Below are positions 1 through 12,730 of a DNA stretch of 64,000 bases, one piece after another. Numbering within the stretch: the first letter of the stretch is position 1; each line of letters begins with the position of its first letter. This stretch comes from the human T2T-CHM13v2.0 reference genome, Homo sapiens, in the NCBI RefSeq assembly GCF_009914755.1, contig NC_060934.1. One strand, given 5' to 3'. The position numbers and the translations under genes were made by a program. Below the pieces are notes generated by a model. The model saw only the letters and a list, made by a program, of their open reading frames with translations. It was not told the DNA's origin and searched no databases.

Positions 1-7
1 ATGATGA

Positions 8-346
<339 letters not shown>

Positions 347-445
347 TAGAATGTCAAAATGCAGAAATTCTGTCTTTGGAGCTAATGTCTGAAATCACTC
401 CCCATCACCAACACCTTTGCTACCTGTGTGTGAGTGTTTCATTAA

Positions 446-892
<447 letters not shown>

Positions 893-2537
893 TAAGATGA
901 CTTGGGCTCTTGTTAACCTGCTAACAATGTATAAGGCTCCATATAGGGTAAGATCTTTCTTTCCACCAGAACTTGGAAAGGAGCAGGCTCCCATTTTGAC
1001 AAGTCCCCAGTGAGCAGCATCTGCTTTAGGTATATTTCAGTCACAAACGTCTGGGTCTGACCTCAGAGTGATGAGCTAAGAGTCATTAATTTCCTTTTCC
1101 AGCTCAAAGGTATCAGCCCCCAAATGCTGCAGACAGTCAGGCTCTGAATCTTGAGAAAGTCCCAGTTTGTTTTACACAAGAACAGCTGGCATACAAATGG
1201 AATCAAGCACTTTTAAGTAGTCGTTAATAATACTGATGAGAACAGCTGAAGCAAACAGCGGCCTCTGTAAGTACTCAGATATCTGACATACAAATCGAGT
1301 GATAGTCCAATTAGTTTATTTATAGGTTCCTTTCTTTGAAAAATATGAGTTTGTGTCTAGCTGTCCTTTTGATTCTACAGTCTTTACTTTTAGAAAAACT
1401 TTGAAAAGCCTAGATGAATGCATTTATATCTGTATTATCAAGTCATTTATCTGCTAACTCATTGATAGTCATTATCTGCATACACAATTTTCTAGCTCTG
1501 TGATTTCATTTATTTAGCTTTCCAGAAAATTGTTTTATTAAAAGTCTCATTTTATTAATACAAATAAGAGAGAGCGATAAATACGCTAGTTGCATAGACT
1601 CTTACAGGATAGAAAGCTTAGCTTATTTTTCTTGTATGCAATTATTTGCTCCTTTGAGGATTAGAATGAAAAGAAAAATTAACTGTTGAATGAGGAGATT
1701 TTCTTTATGCAGTTATTATTTTCCTTAACTAAATAAGATAATAATAGAATAAATAATAAAAAGAGAGCAATGAATCGCCAGCAACAGACTTCAGAGTCCC
1801 ACTCAGAAGTAACAATATGAAACCTATACTAGCCGGCTTTAAAGAGCATCACAAAACTTAACAACAGTAAAACTCTCACCATGCCTGAGAGCCATGATTA
1901 CTAGCTATGTAAACATTACTGCTGAGTTAAAAACACTTACAGGATAATTAAAATGCCCCTTTTCAAACATGTTTCTTACAAAATAAATGTCCTGAGACTC
2001 AAGTTTACTGTGTCTGATGCTGCTAAACCATTACATTCAGAGAATGTACTCACTAATATGAAATCCCCAGAAAGGAAATCAAGAAATGAGAAAAGTCTTG
2101 GTAAATCTCTTAATATCAACCATCTGATTTCTTTTAGCCTTAGCTTTAGTCTCACCATCAAGTTTTTGGCATAGTTGTAAACTGCTAAGTTTCCACTCTT
2201 CAAAGGCCCCAAAATGCAGGCGGGGTGAGAGCAGGGGAATGGCTTCCCCCCGGGAATCACAGTCCACAGCTTTAAAGTAAATCATTGCAGGAGAGAAGCC
2301 AGTTCTTGCCCTCAGCCTGTCACTGGTTGAGTTTCAGAGCCCTCAGAGTCAGAAACATGGGAGAGAATGCATAGAGAGTAGGTCCACCACAGGCATGTTC
2401 TGTTAGTTTTCATGTGCAGTTGACGTCTCTCAAAGACACCATGCAGAAGGGATACAAAAGCCTGTAGAGCTCAGATAAGAGCTAGGAACTGCCAGAGAGA
2501 AGGTCAGAATGGATCATAGCAGGTGTTCTGACAGAGA

Positions 2538-3000
2538 GGAAACGTTTCCTCTAACCTTTTAGATTCTGTAGTTGGGGGCCTGTGAATTAAACTAACAGAA
2601 AACAGATTAGCAAAAGACAGACTTAATCACGTACTTATGGGAGTTCGCAGAAAAGTGTCACTCAAAGAGATGGTTAGAATTCGTGGCTTCTATACTGTCT
2701 TAACTGGGGAAGAGGAGGGAGAAAAGGGCACTTAGGGAAAACAAATGACTTTTTGGAAAGATATATAGGCCCTTAGGAGATATGATCGTTTGGTCACAAC
2801 GGCTGTTTAGGTGTGGTGCTGACTTCCAGCCTCTGGTGATGAGTCAGTCTTCTCTGTTTGCTTCCAGGAAGAGAATTTAAGATAATTGAATTCTTTTGAG
2901 TTATCTTGGGAGGCTCTACTTTTAGACAGATTTCAGGAACTCAAATGCCTCTGCTCAAAATAATTTATATGCCACAATAGCATATTCTGGGCCCTTTCAG
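2538..3000 (-). mobile_element. ERV1 solo LTR, MER31/MER34-group
   Basis: Shares blocks (aacagatta..aagag, polyA-region and 5' end segments) with the other MER31/34-like copies in the window. Confidence 0.55.
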
Positions 3001-3125
3001 CTCCAAATTATTCCCCCAGGTCAAGTGTACTTGGAAATCTCTGCTCAGATTAAGTTCTCAATATCTACACTTAACCTTAAATATGGGATTGTTCTTTAAA
3101 ACAAAATTGGAGCCATTGTTAATGG

Positions 3126-3131
<6 letters not shown>

Positions 3132-3175
<44 letters not shown>
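3132..3175. repeat. (AT)22 microsatellite
   Basis: Uninterrupted AT dinucleotide run. Confidence 0.97.
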
Positions 3176-3177
<2 letters not shown>

Positions 3178-3182
3178 CAATT

Positions 3183-3477
3183 AGCCAGGTGCAGTGGCTT
3201 ATGCCTATAATCCCAGCACTTTGGGAGCAGAGGTGGGAGGATATCTTGAGTCCAGGAATTTGAGACCAGTATGGGCAAAACAGTGAGACACCTTCTCTAC
3301 AAATGATTTTTTTAAAAATATTAGCCAGGTGTGATGGTGCATGCCTGTAAGTCCCAGCTACTCGGAGCCTGAGGCAGGGGAATTGCTTGAGCCCAGGAAG
3401 TCAGGGCTGCAGTGAGCCATGAGCGTGCCACAGCACTCAGCCTGAGTACCAGAATAAGGCCCTATCTCGCAAAAAAG
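3183..3477 (+). mobile_element. AluJ-type
   Basis: Diverged dimeric Alu. Confidence 0.92.
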
Positions 3478-3523
3478 ACAATTAAAAATACATGAAATAA
3501 ATTGTCTAGAAAATTTGAGACCC

Positions 3524-3827
<304 letters not shown>

Positions 3828-4329
3828 AGAAAATTTGAGACCCATGTTGTACTAAATGACTTGGCTGCAAGATGCCATCAGCTTGAAGGTTTTGTCACTC
3901 CAGTTTTGCTGTTTGTGAAACAATGAAATGAAAAGTTTTGGGGACACACTTGAGTTGGTTGTCCCACCTTCTTGCCTTTATGTTCTTATGCCACTGGAAT
4001 AAGCACTAAAATCCTTGGGCCTTGAAGATATTAAATGATGGTGGGCACCAGTACCCGGTGGTACGCTATAGCTATTCTTGGGACTTGGCAATAGCTATTA
4101 GACTATAGCTATTCCTTGGTTTTCACAAGGAATAATAACTGAATCGTCTCTTTCCAAGCTACAGAATCACTCACTCCCTAGACTCGTACATAATTACAGA
4201 TGTAAATTGTTAGTACATTATAATTAGCATGACACCCGGAAAGATACTTAAAATAAACTTTAAAAAAACCTGCTACACATAGATGTGAGCAAAATCAGAA
4301 AAGACCCTCCACAAGCACCATGGTTGGGG

Positions 4330-4570
4330 GCAGGCTGTGCAGTGGTTTTCAGCTGACACGCCAGCCGAGAACAACCCAGTTCAGATCCTAGCTCTGCTAC
4401 TAAATGAGTGGCCTCGGACAAGTCACTCCCTGGCCCTCAGTTTCTTTGCCTGGAAAACGGCAATGACGACAGCTCCCTCCTCATATGGTTGTTTGAGAAG
4501 TAAGTGGATGAATGAACATAAAGCAGTGGAAACGGTTCCTGACACAGAGGTTGCCCCCAATGAGTATCAT
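4330..4570 (+). mobile_element. MIR fragment
   Basis: MIR core-like ttcagatcctagctctgctac...cctcagtttc...aaaacgg. Confidence 0.7.
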
Positions 4571-4689
4571 CCATTCTCAGCCCATCCATGCCATTCCCCA
4601 CTTGGATAGAGCAGGGAAGGAACGTGGCACCAACCCCACTAATGCATTTCTTTCATATATACCTGCTGACAACGAGGCCTTGCAAACTA

Positions 4690-5133
4690 TGTGAGAAAAC
4701 TAAGATAAGCAGCATTCTACCATACAACTTACCCAAGAGAGGTAACCTCAATCACCTGCATGCACGCAGGACCAGGAGAATAAGTGATCCTGACTCTTTG
4801 CCTTGTTATACTACTAAAATCCCCACCTCAGGAGGGGCTGATGTGCCATTTTTTGATCAGGCAATGTATGTACTAACATGATTTCTCCCTGCACCTGCAC
4901 CCCCTTGCTCTATCTTGCACATGTAATGATGCTCACATACCTCATGATCTTCATATCACCCTCCTTAAAACACTGCAAAGACCTACCCTCCAGGAGCCAG
5001 CTGGAGAATTCTTGCTCCTACACTGTCTGCCTTGTGCTTGAACATAAGCCCCAATAAAGCTTGTATGGGAAAGTTTCTCAGCCTCCTGTCAATTTCCACT
5101 GCATGAGAGCCTAAGAATCTGTGATCGGTAACA
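4690..5133 (+). mobile_element. ERV solo LTR (family not resolved)
   Basis: TG...CA termini (tgtgagaaa...cggtaaca), internal AATAAA at about 5053. Confidence 0.7.
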
Positions 5134-5159
5134 CTGGGACCCAGATTTTCAGACATAAA

Positions 5160-5445
5160 AATAAAGGAGTACAAATATATAATTTGATAGAAGAAATAAG
5201 AGCTAGTGTTTGATACATCAGTAGGGTATGATTTACAATAATCTGTTGTGCATTTCAAAGTAGCTACGAGAGAATAATTCAAAGGTTTCAGCATAAAGAA
5301 AAGACAAATATTTAAGGTGATGGATATCCCAAGTACACTGATTTGATCTTTACAAATTATATGACTATATTAAATTACCACATGCACCCTGAATGTATAC
5401 ACAGCTTATAGTTATTAATTAGAAAATAAAATTAATTTTTAAAAG
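5160..5445 (+). mobile_element. L1MA-type 3' end
   Basis: L1M 3' UTR motifs (aggtgatggatatccc...ctgatttgatc) ending in an A-rich tail. Confidence 0.8.
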
Positions 5446-5556
5446 CTAAAAGAATTATTTGGTAACTTGTGGAAAAAAATAGAAACAATTCATAGCCTCC
5501 CTCCTTTTAGCTAGGGCTCCACTGGAAGTAAAGAGAACAGTCGATCAAACCGCTTT

Positions 5557-6661
<1,105 letters not shown>

Positions 6662-6746
6662 TTTTCCTGAGCAAATTGAAAATTCTCCTCTCTTGTTCTT
6701 GCTGTGCTTTGTAAGAGTGAGCCAAGATGAGGACAGGTATGTCCTC

Positions 6747-7882
6747 TGATGGGGTTCAGAAAGTGCTACTCCAAAACATGGCACCTTAGAATATTGAATA
6801 TTTTAAGCCAAAGGAATTTGAGAAAGTGGCAGAAGCAGACAGGTCTCTCTCGCCTTCCCTTGAAGCAGGTCATGAGACCTTCATGTGCTCTCCCTCTGTT
6901 AGAGACATTTGAACCAGAGCGACTCCTCTTGAATAGGGGCTGGGTAATATGAGGCTGAGACCTACTGGGCTGCATTCCCAGGAGTTTAGGTATTCTTAGT
7001 CACAGGAGGAGACAGGAGGTCAACACAAGATACAGGTCACAAAGTCCCTGCTGATAAAATAGGATGTGGTTAAGAAGCCGGCCAAACCCAACATAAACAA
7101 GATGGCGACAAAATAAACCCCTGGTCACTTTCACTGCTCATTATATACTACTTATAATATATTAGCATGCTAAAAGACACTCCCACCAGTGCCTTGAGTG
7201 TTTACAAATGCCATGGCAATGTCCAGAAGTTACGCTATATGGTCCAAAAAGAAGAGGAATTCTCAGTTACAGGAACTCCCCACCTCTTTCCCAGAAAACT
7301 CATGAATAATCCACCCCTTGTTTAACATCAAATGAGGAAATAATCATAAAAATAACCAACTAGCAGCCCTCAGGGCTGGTCTTCTAAGGAGTAGCCATTT
7401 GTTTTCTTTACTTTCTTAATTAAGTCGCTTTCACTTTACTGTGTGGACTTGCCCCGAATTCTTTCTTGCGTGAGATCCAAGAAACCTCTTTTGGGGTCTG
7501 GATCAGGATCCCTTTCTGGTAACACCTCTATCCAGAGGAAAGCAGAATCCTTATTTCTGAAGACAGAGGGATGCTGAGAAGAATTTGAATGAACAGGTCT
7601 TGCCAAGTTTCCTCCAGTTGGCTACTTTTGTTCATACACCTTTGCCCTATCCCATTTTTCCACGACTTTCCACTCTTCACCAAATCAAGCATAAAAACAC
7701 TCAGGTTTAACCATTTCTTTGAGTCTTCATTTTCTCATGAAGCTTCCCGTGTCTTATAAAACTCAGATTAAGTAAATTAATATGACTTCCTCTTGTTAAT
7801 CTATCTTTTGACAGCCTAATGTTCAGGGCCTCATCCAATGAACATAAAATGGTTAGAAGAGAAAGATTTTTTTCCCCTCCCA
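6747..7882 (+). mobile_element. MER31-like ERV1 solo LTR split by MER41B
   Basis: Starts tgatggggttcagaaagtgctactccaaaacatggcacc; resumes after 7528; homologous to the copies at 11.4 and 16.5 kb. Confidence 0.7.
6897..7524 (+). mobile_element. MER41B solo LTR with 4-bp TSD CCTC
   Basis: tgttagagacatttgaaccagagcgactcc...ggtaaca; contains the tandem GAS segment diagnostic of MER41B; TSD at 6893-6896 and 7525-7528. Confidence 0.9.
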
Positions 7883-8769
7883 TCCACCTCCCATTTTTGC
7901 ATGTAAAAACAAGAGTAGGAAAATCTGCCCAAATGGTTTCTGACAGCCCTAGGAGTATGATAAAAGGCTTCTTTTTTCTTAAAAGAAAAATCATATTTAA
8001 TCACTCAGTGGCAGGAGTGGGACTTTCTGTTGTGAAACATCCAGAGACTCCCGCTTCCCTTTCTCCCAGAGAGAAAGAGCAGAGCTCAAGACTAGAGCCC
8101 TGGAAATTCAAGGGTGAGGGAGGGGCTCAGAAGAGCCATTGTTTCCTGATCTTGAGTGCTCCAGGCAACAGCTGGGCTTTCTAGGAATTCCAGTATTGCT
8201 GAGTGGGGAGGGTGTGTAGAAGGAAGGCTGCTCTTCAAGTTTGAACTTAAGATTCAAAATGTGCTGAGTCACAAGGTTCCACCCCTGGCAAACCCTGTGA
8301 TGGGCAAAGCTGATTTTCCAACTCACCTTCCAGCCTTTTCTCCCAGTCCCCTGCATCCTCCTGCCACACACCTCCTCAGGCTTATCAGAGCCTGCTCTCT
8401 GGGGTCCCTCAATTCCAAAACCTTCATTCTAGAAGGATGAACTCCACCACATGACTGTAAAAGACCTTCTAGGAGAATCTGCATCATGAAAGCATAAAAA
8501 ACTTGAAGCCAAATGACTGACTCTTTCATTGTGGAATTCATGTATGGGTGAACAAATAGAATGTATATTTTGTTTAATAGATACTTGCTTATTATGGACA
8601 ATATGGAAGATACAGCAAGAAAGAAAAATATTTTTCTATCAACCACAGAGTACGTGTTTTGATCTATTTGTTTCCAGTCTATTCATCAGGACCTTTTTTT
8701 TTTTTTTTAAACTTAATGGCCTACTGAATATGCAGATTGTGTTCCTGTCTGGAGTATAGAACACAGGCA

Positions 8770-9340
8770 TTTATTGAGGAAAGGCATGATGGGAGAGGGG
8801 CTGGGGACACCCCTGTGCTCAGAAGTCACACTATCCTCAGCAGCTACCATTCCCAGGTCCCTAGTGTTGTCATTTGTTCAAAGGAAAGCTGAGCAGTAAG
8901 AACCAAACTGGGGAGTTGCATTTTGGACCTTCTTCTTTCTCCTGTGCTTTGAGTCACTGGTGCTTTCTCAAAGGCCTGAGCTTTGTGGAATAGCAGCCAC
9001 AAACCATGAAAAGTTGGGTGATAGGATATTGATGAGAAATCACCTGACACCAAATAGTTTCATAAATCAAGGTTCTGGAAGCTGGTCCCACAGTCAAGAG
9101 CAGCTGTAAGGAATGCACTGCAGCCCTGCCAGGTGAACATGGGGAGCAGAGGCAGCTCTTCTGACACCTTGCGGAGAATGGAAGTTTCCTTTGTGGGGAG
9201 GAGACACCCCCAGATGCACCATGCTCTGGCCAGTACAACTCTGCAGAAGGCAGGTGGCTGCCCGTACAGGGTTGGGCAGCTCAGGATGAGGTTCCAGCTA
9301 AAATGGGGCTCACTCCTGCTGACAACCAGCTAGCTCCATG
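8770..9340 (-). pseudogene. Possible highly decayed C2H2 zinc-finger gene relic
   Basis: Minus-strand fragments PFS/KV/QKS, HVHLAGLQCIPYSCS/DCGTSF and VCGCYSTKLRPLRKHQ*L, followed by AATAAA (8770-8775); needs several frameshifts. Confidence 0.3.
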
Positions 9341-9568
9341 CCTGATACCTCTCGACCTTCTTCAGAATGGAGAGCTTTAACAATAATTGACACTTTAGGA
9401 CTATCGCAGTAATACAGCCTCATTGTAGAGTCAAATGTAGACAAGTATTTAAAGAAGCAACTAACGATCACTCATAGTCCCATGACCAGAGGTAACGAAA
9501 TACTGTTAACATTTTGTCCCCTTATAGGCTTAAAAAAAACAAAAAGAAAAGAGATGTACCCATAGTTC

Positions 9569-10122
9569 TGTTACAGGAAGGGGGTCCAGATCCAGACCCC
9601 AAGAGAGGGTTCTTGGATCTCAAGCAAGAAAGAATTCAGGGTGAGTCCACAGAGTAACGTGAAAGCAAGTTTATTAGGAAAGTAAAGGAACAAAAGAATG
9701 GCTACTCCATAGACAGAGCAGCCCCAAGGGCTGCTGGTTGCCCACTTGTATGGTTGTTTATTGATTATATGCTAAACGAGGGGTGGATTATTTATACCTC
9801 CCCTTTTTAGACCATGTAGGGTAACTTCCTGACATTGCCATGGCAATTGTAAACCGTCATGGCGCTGGTGGGAGTGTAGCAGTGAGGACTGCTAGAGGTC
9901 ACTCTCGTAACCATCTTGGTTTTGGTGGGTTTTAGCCGGTTTCTTTACTGCAACCTGTTTTATCAGTAAGGTCTTTATGGCCTGTATCTTGTGCCAACCT
10001 CCTGTCTCACCCTGTGACTTAGAATGCCTTAACCATCTCGGAATGCAGCTCAGTAGGTCTCAGCCTCATTTTACCCAGCTCCTATTCAAGAAGGAGTTGC
10101 TCTGGTTCACAGGCCTCTGACA
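9569..10122 (-). mobile_element. MER41A solo LTR with 4-bp TSD GTTC
   Basis: Reverse-complement MER41 lacking the GAS segment; 554 bp; TSD at 9565-9568 and 10123-10126. Confidence 0.9.
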
Positions 10123-10817
10123 GTTCTGGATGCTAAGAAGGGGTGCATTTTCATCCTCAAAGCTCCCCTCCCTACCTCCTCCATCCCATGGGTCAATTGA
10201 GCTCTCCTTGTTGAAAAGGCAGAGAGCTCAAATTTCAGGCAACCACCTTCTTGCCAAAAGATGGCTCCAAAAGCTTCTAGCTCCCCTGACAACTGAGCTG
10301 CAGAATCCCCCCTGCCCAGTCTCATTCAGATACAACAAAAAGTGTCATCCCAGCCATGAAATATCAACACGGACAGGAACAATATTTTCCCATCAAAAAA
10401 CCACATTTTAAAAACTCATCTGAAAGCCAGGGAAATCTGGTCTTAAGGATACATATTTGAGGCACTCCAAGCAGAACTGTTTACCAAAGAAAATGGCAAG
10501 CCCAGTGTCATTTCCAAATGTCACCAGAGTAAACCTTTACTAACCTCTCTCCAGTAAAAGAGAAAAAGAGGAAGGAACAAAGGCTCTATTCTCTCATTTT
10601 TAAGGGAGTCACATTTAGATATAATACATTGAGTTTGTATGATCTAATAAACTTCTAATACAGCCATTTTGCAGGTAATCTGAAACTTTTTAAAATAAAT
10701 TTCTTTACAACAGTATTTTAAATACATGAAAGAAAGAATTGCTCAAAATTAATATTCCTTGAGATATCCTCGTTTTTCAGCCAGCACCTAACAGACCAAT
10801 AGAGAGCACAGGTTTTT

Positions 10818-10818
<1 letters not shown>

Positions 10819-10855
<37 letters not shown>
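10819..10855. repeat. T37 mononucleotide run
   Basis: Uninterrupted poly-T, no attached Alu or L1 body visible. Confidence 0.95.
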
Positions 10856-10858
<3 letters not shown>

Positions 10859-11665
10859 ATGGCAATATATCTCATTTCACGTATGGTTCCTTATCAATTA
10901 CTGCCTAGATGGAATTTACCCTTTGTGTTCACAGCCACACAAGCATGTCTAAATGAAAAACACACCTTCTGCAGCCCTCTAACAAAATCAATCCCTCAGC
11001 AGGAGAGTTGAAGGCTTGTCGATGATTGCGCATTGAAATGCGCATTTGCATGCTAATTACCCAGAAAGCTCCTCCAGTTCACGGGGTGTTATGGAAACGC
11101 TAGGTCAGAATTCTAGGAGGGGAGAGAGCAGGAATAGAAAATGCAGAGGAACAGGAAATGAGGGTGGTTTAGATGGAAGCAATTGGGATGCAGTCTACTT
11201 TTAAAGTCATTTTTTAAAATCCACTTTAGTTGAATTAGTCATGTCAGATTAACCGGAGAGCTTGCTCTTGGAGTTGCTCTGACTGGATTTCTGTGTCAAA
11301 AGCAAACAACTTATTTTATACTGTGTCATTTACAGCTTAAGGGGAGGCCTTTTCACTCAGGTTCTGAAGTCTCTGTGCCTGAGTACAATAAAATACTGTA
11401 GGGAAAAAAAACAGCTTTCTTTCCCATGGCTGGAGTCATGGCGGAGGCCCCTATAACAAAGAACAGATTAACAAGAGAAACGTGTACAACTTTATTTAAT
11501 GTTAGTTTTAAGTAGCATGGGAGCCTTCATAAGGAAATGAAAACCTGAAGACACAGCGAAGCCTGTTATTTTTATGCTAAATCTGATGAAAAACTCAGTA
11601 GATAGTTGTGAAGTATGATTGGAAAAAGGGGGAATGATCTAACTATCATAAACTGTGGGGAAAGT

Positions 11666-12730
11666 TGTGATCAAGAAAATGGGCTCGCTGTCCAATGTGC
11701 ACAGAAGTCAATAACTATGGCACCAGCTTTGTAGAAAAGAAAGGCTTTTTTACAAAATCAGCCAGACTGGCTCAAATCTGTCTCTGAGATGTGGGATCTG
11801 GGGGCAAGTTTTAAGGGATCAGAGAGAATGGGAAAGGATTTAGGAATGTTGGCTTGGCAGGGTCTGATTGGAGGGCTTCAAGTTTGACCATTTATGAAAA
11901 GGTATTGTATTAGTCAGGGCTCTCTAGAGGGACAGAGCTAACAGGATACATGTATATATGAAGGGGCATTTATTAAGGAGTATTGACTCACATGGTTATA
12001 AGGTGAAGTCCCACAATAGGCCATCTGCAAACTGAGGAGCAAGGAAGCCAGCCTGAGTTCCAAAACCTCAAAAGTAGGGATGCCAACAGTGCAGCCTTCA
12101 GTCTGTGGCCAAAGGCCCGAGGGCTGCTGGCAAACTACTGGTGTGAGTCGAGAGTCCAAAAGTTGAAGAACTTGGAGTCTGATCTTCGAGGGCAGGAAGC
12201 ACTGAGCACAGGAGAAAGCTGAAGGCTGGAAGACTCAGCAACTCAAGTCCTTCCACGCTCCTCTGCCTGCTTTTATCCTAGCCACGCTGGCAGCTGATTA
12301 GATGGTGCCCTCTAAGATTGAGAGTGGGTCTGCCTTTCCCAGTTCACTGACTCAAATGTTAATCTTTGGCAACACCCTCACAGACATACTCAGGAACAAT
12401 ATTTTGCATCCTTCAATCCAATCAAGTTGACACTCTATGTTAACCATCACAGGGATGTCGAGACAGATTTTTGCCCCAGATCTTCTGAAAGAGTTACAGC
12501 ATTCAGGTTTGGGTCATGCCCTGGTCTTTTTGGTTCTAAGGGAAGGAATCATTGGTTCCAGGTGTTGTTAGAGGTCAAAGCTTTGTCTATTGTGCACGCC
12601 TGCAATTTTTGGCCCTGTTTTACCTAAAAAGTACATGGCTTGCCATTTTCGGCCCTGCTTTACCTACAAAGTAACTTGACATTTTGTTATCAACAGACTA
12701 GGCACAATTTGGGCTGGTCCTGTGGTTACA
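11666..12730 (-). mobile_element. ERV1-type solo LTR (family unresolved) with TSD AAGT
   Basis: TG...CA termini; AAGT at 11662-11665 and 12731-12734; itself split by MLT2A2. Confidence 0.7.
11906..12451 (-). mobile_element. MLT2A2 (HERVL) solo LTR
   Basis: tgtattagtcagggctctctagagggacag...ttaaccatcaca; 546 bp; 5-bp TSD GGTAT/GGGAT. Confidence 0.85.

Noticed and set aside
1000-2500. Terminal ARMC3 exons or PTF1-type E-box/TC-box sites in the unique AT-rich stretch
   Set aside because: No armadillo-repeat-like translation recognised; the CAGCTG E-boxes lack a properly spaced TC-box
6897-10122. MER41 pair as the two LTRs of one provirus
   Set aside because: Opposite orientation, different subfamilies and separate TSDs; no gag/pol between them
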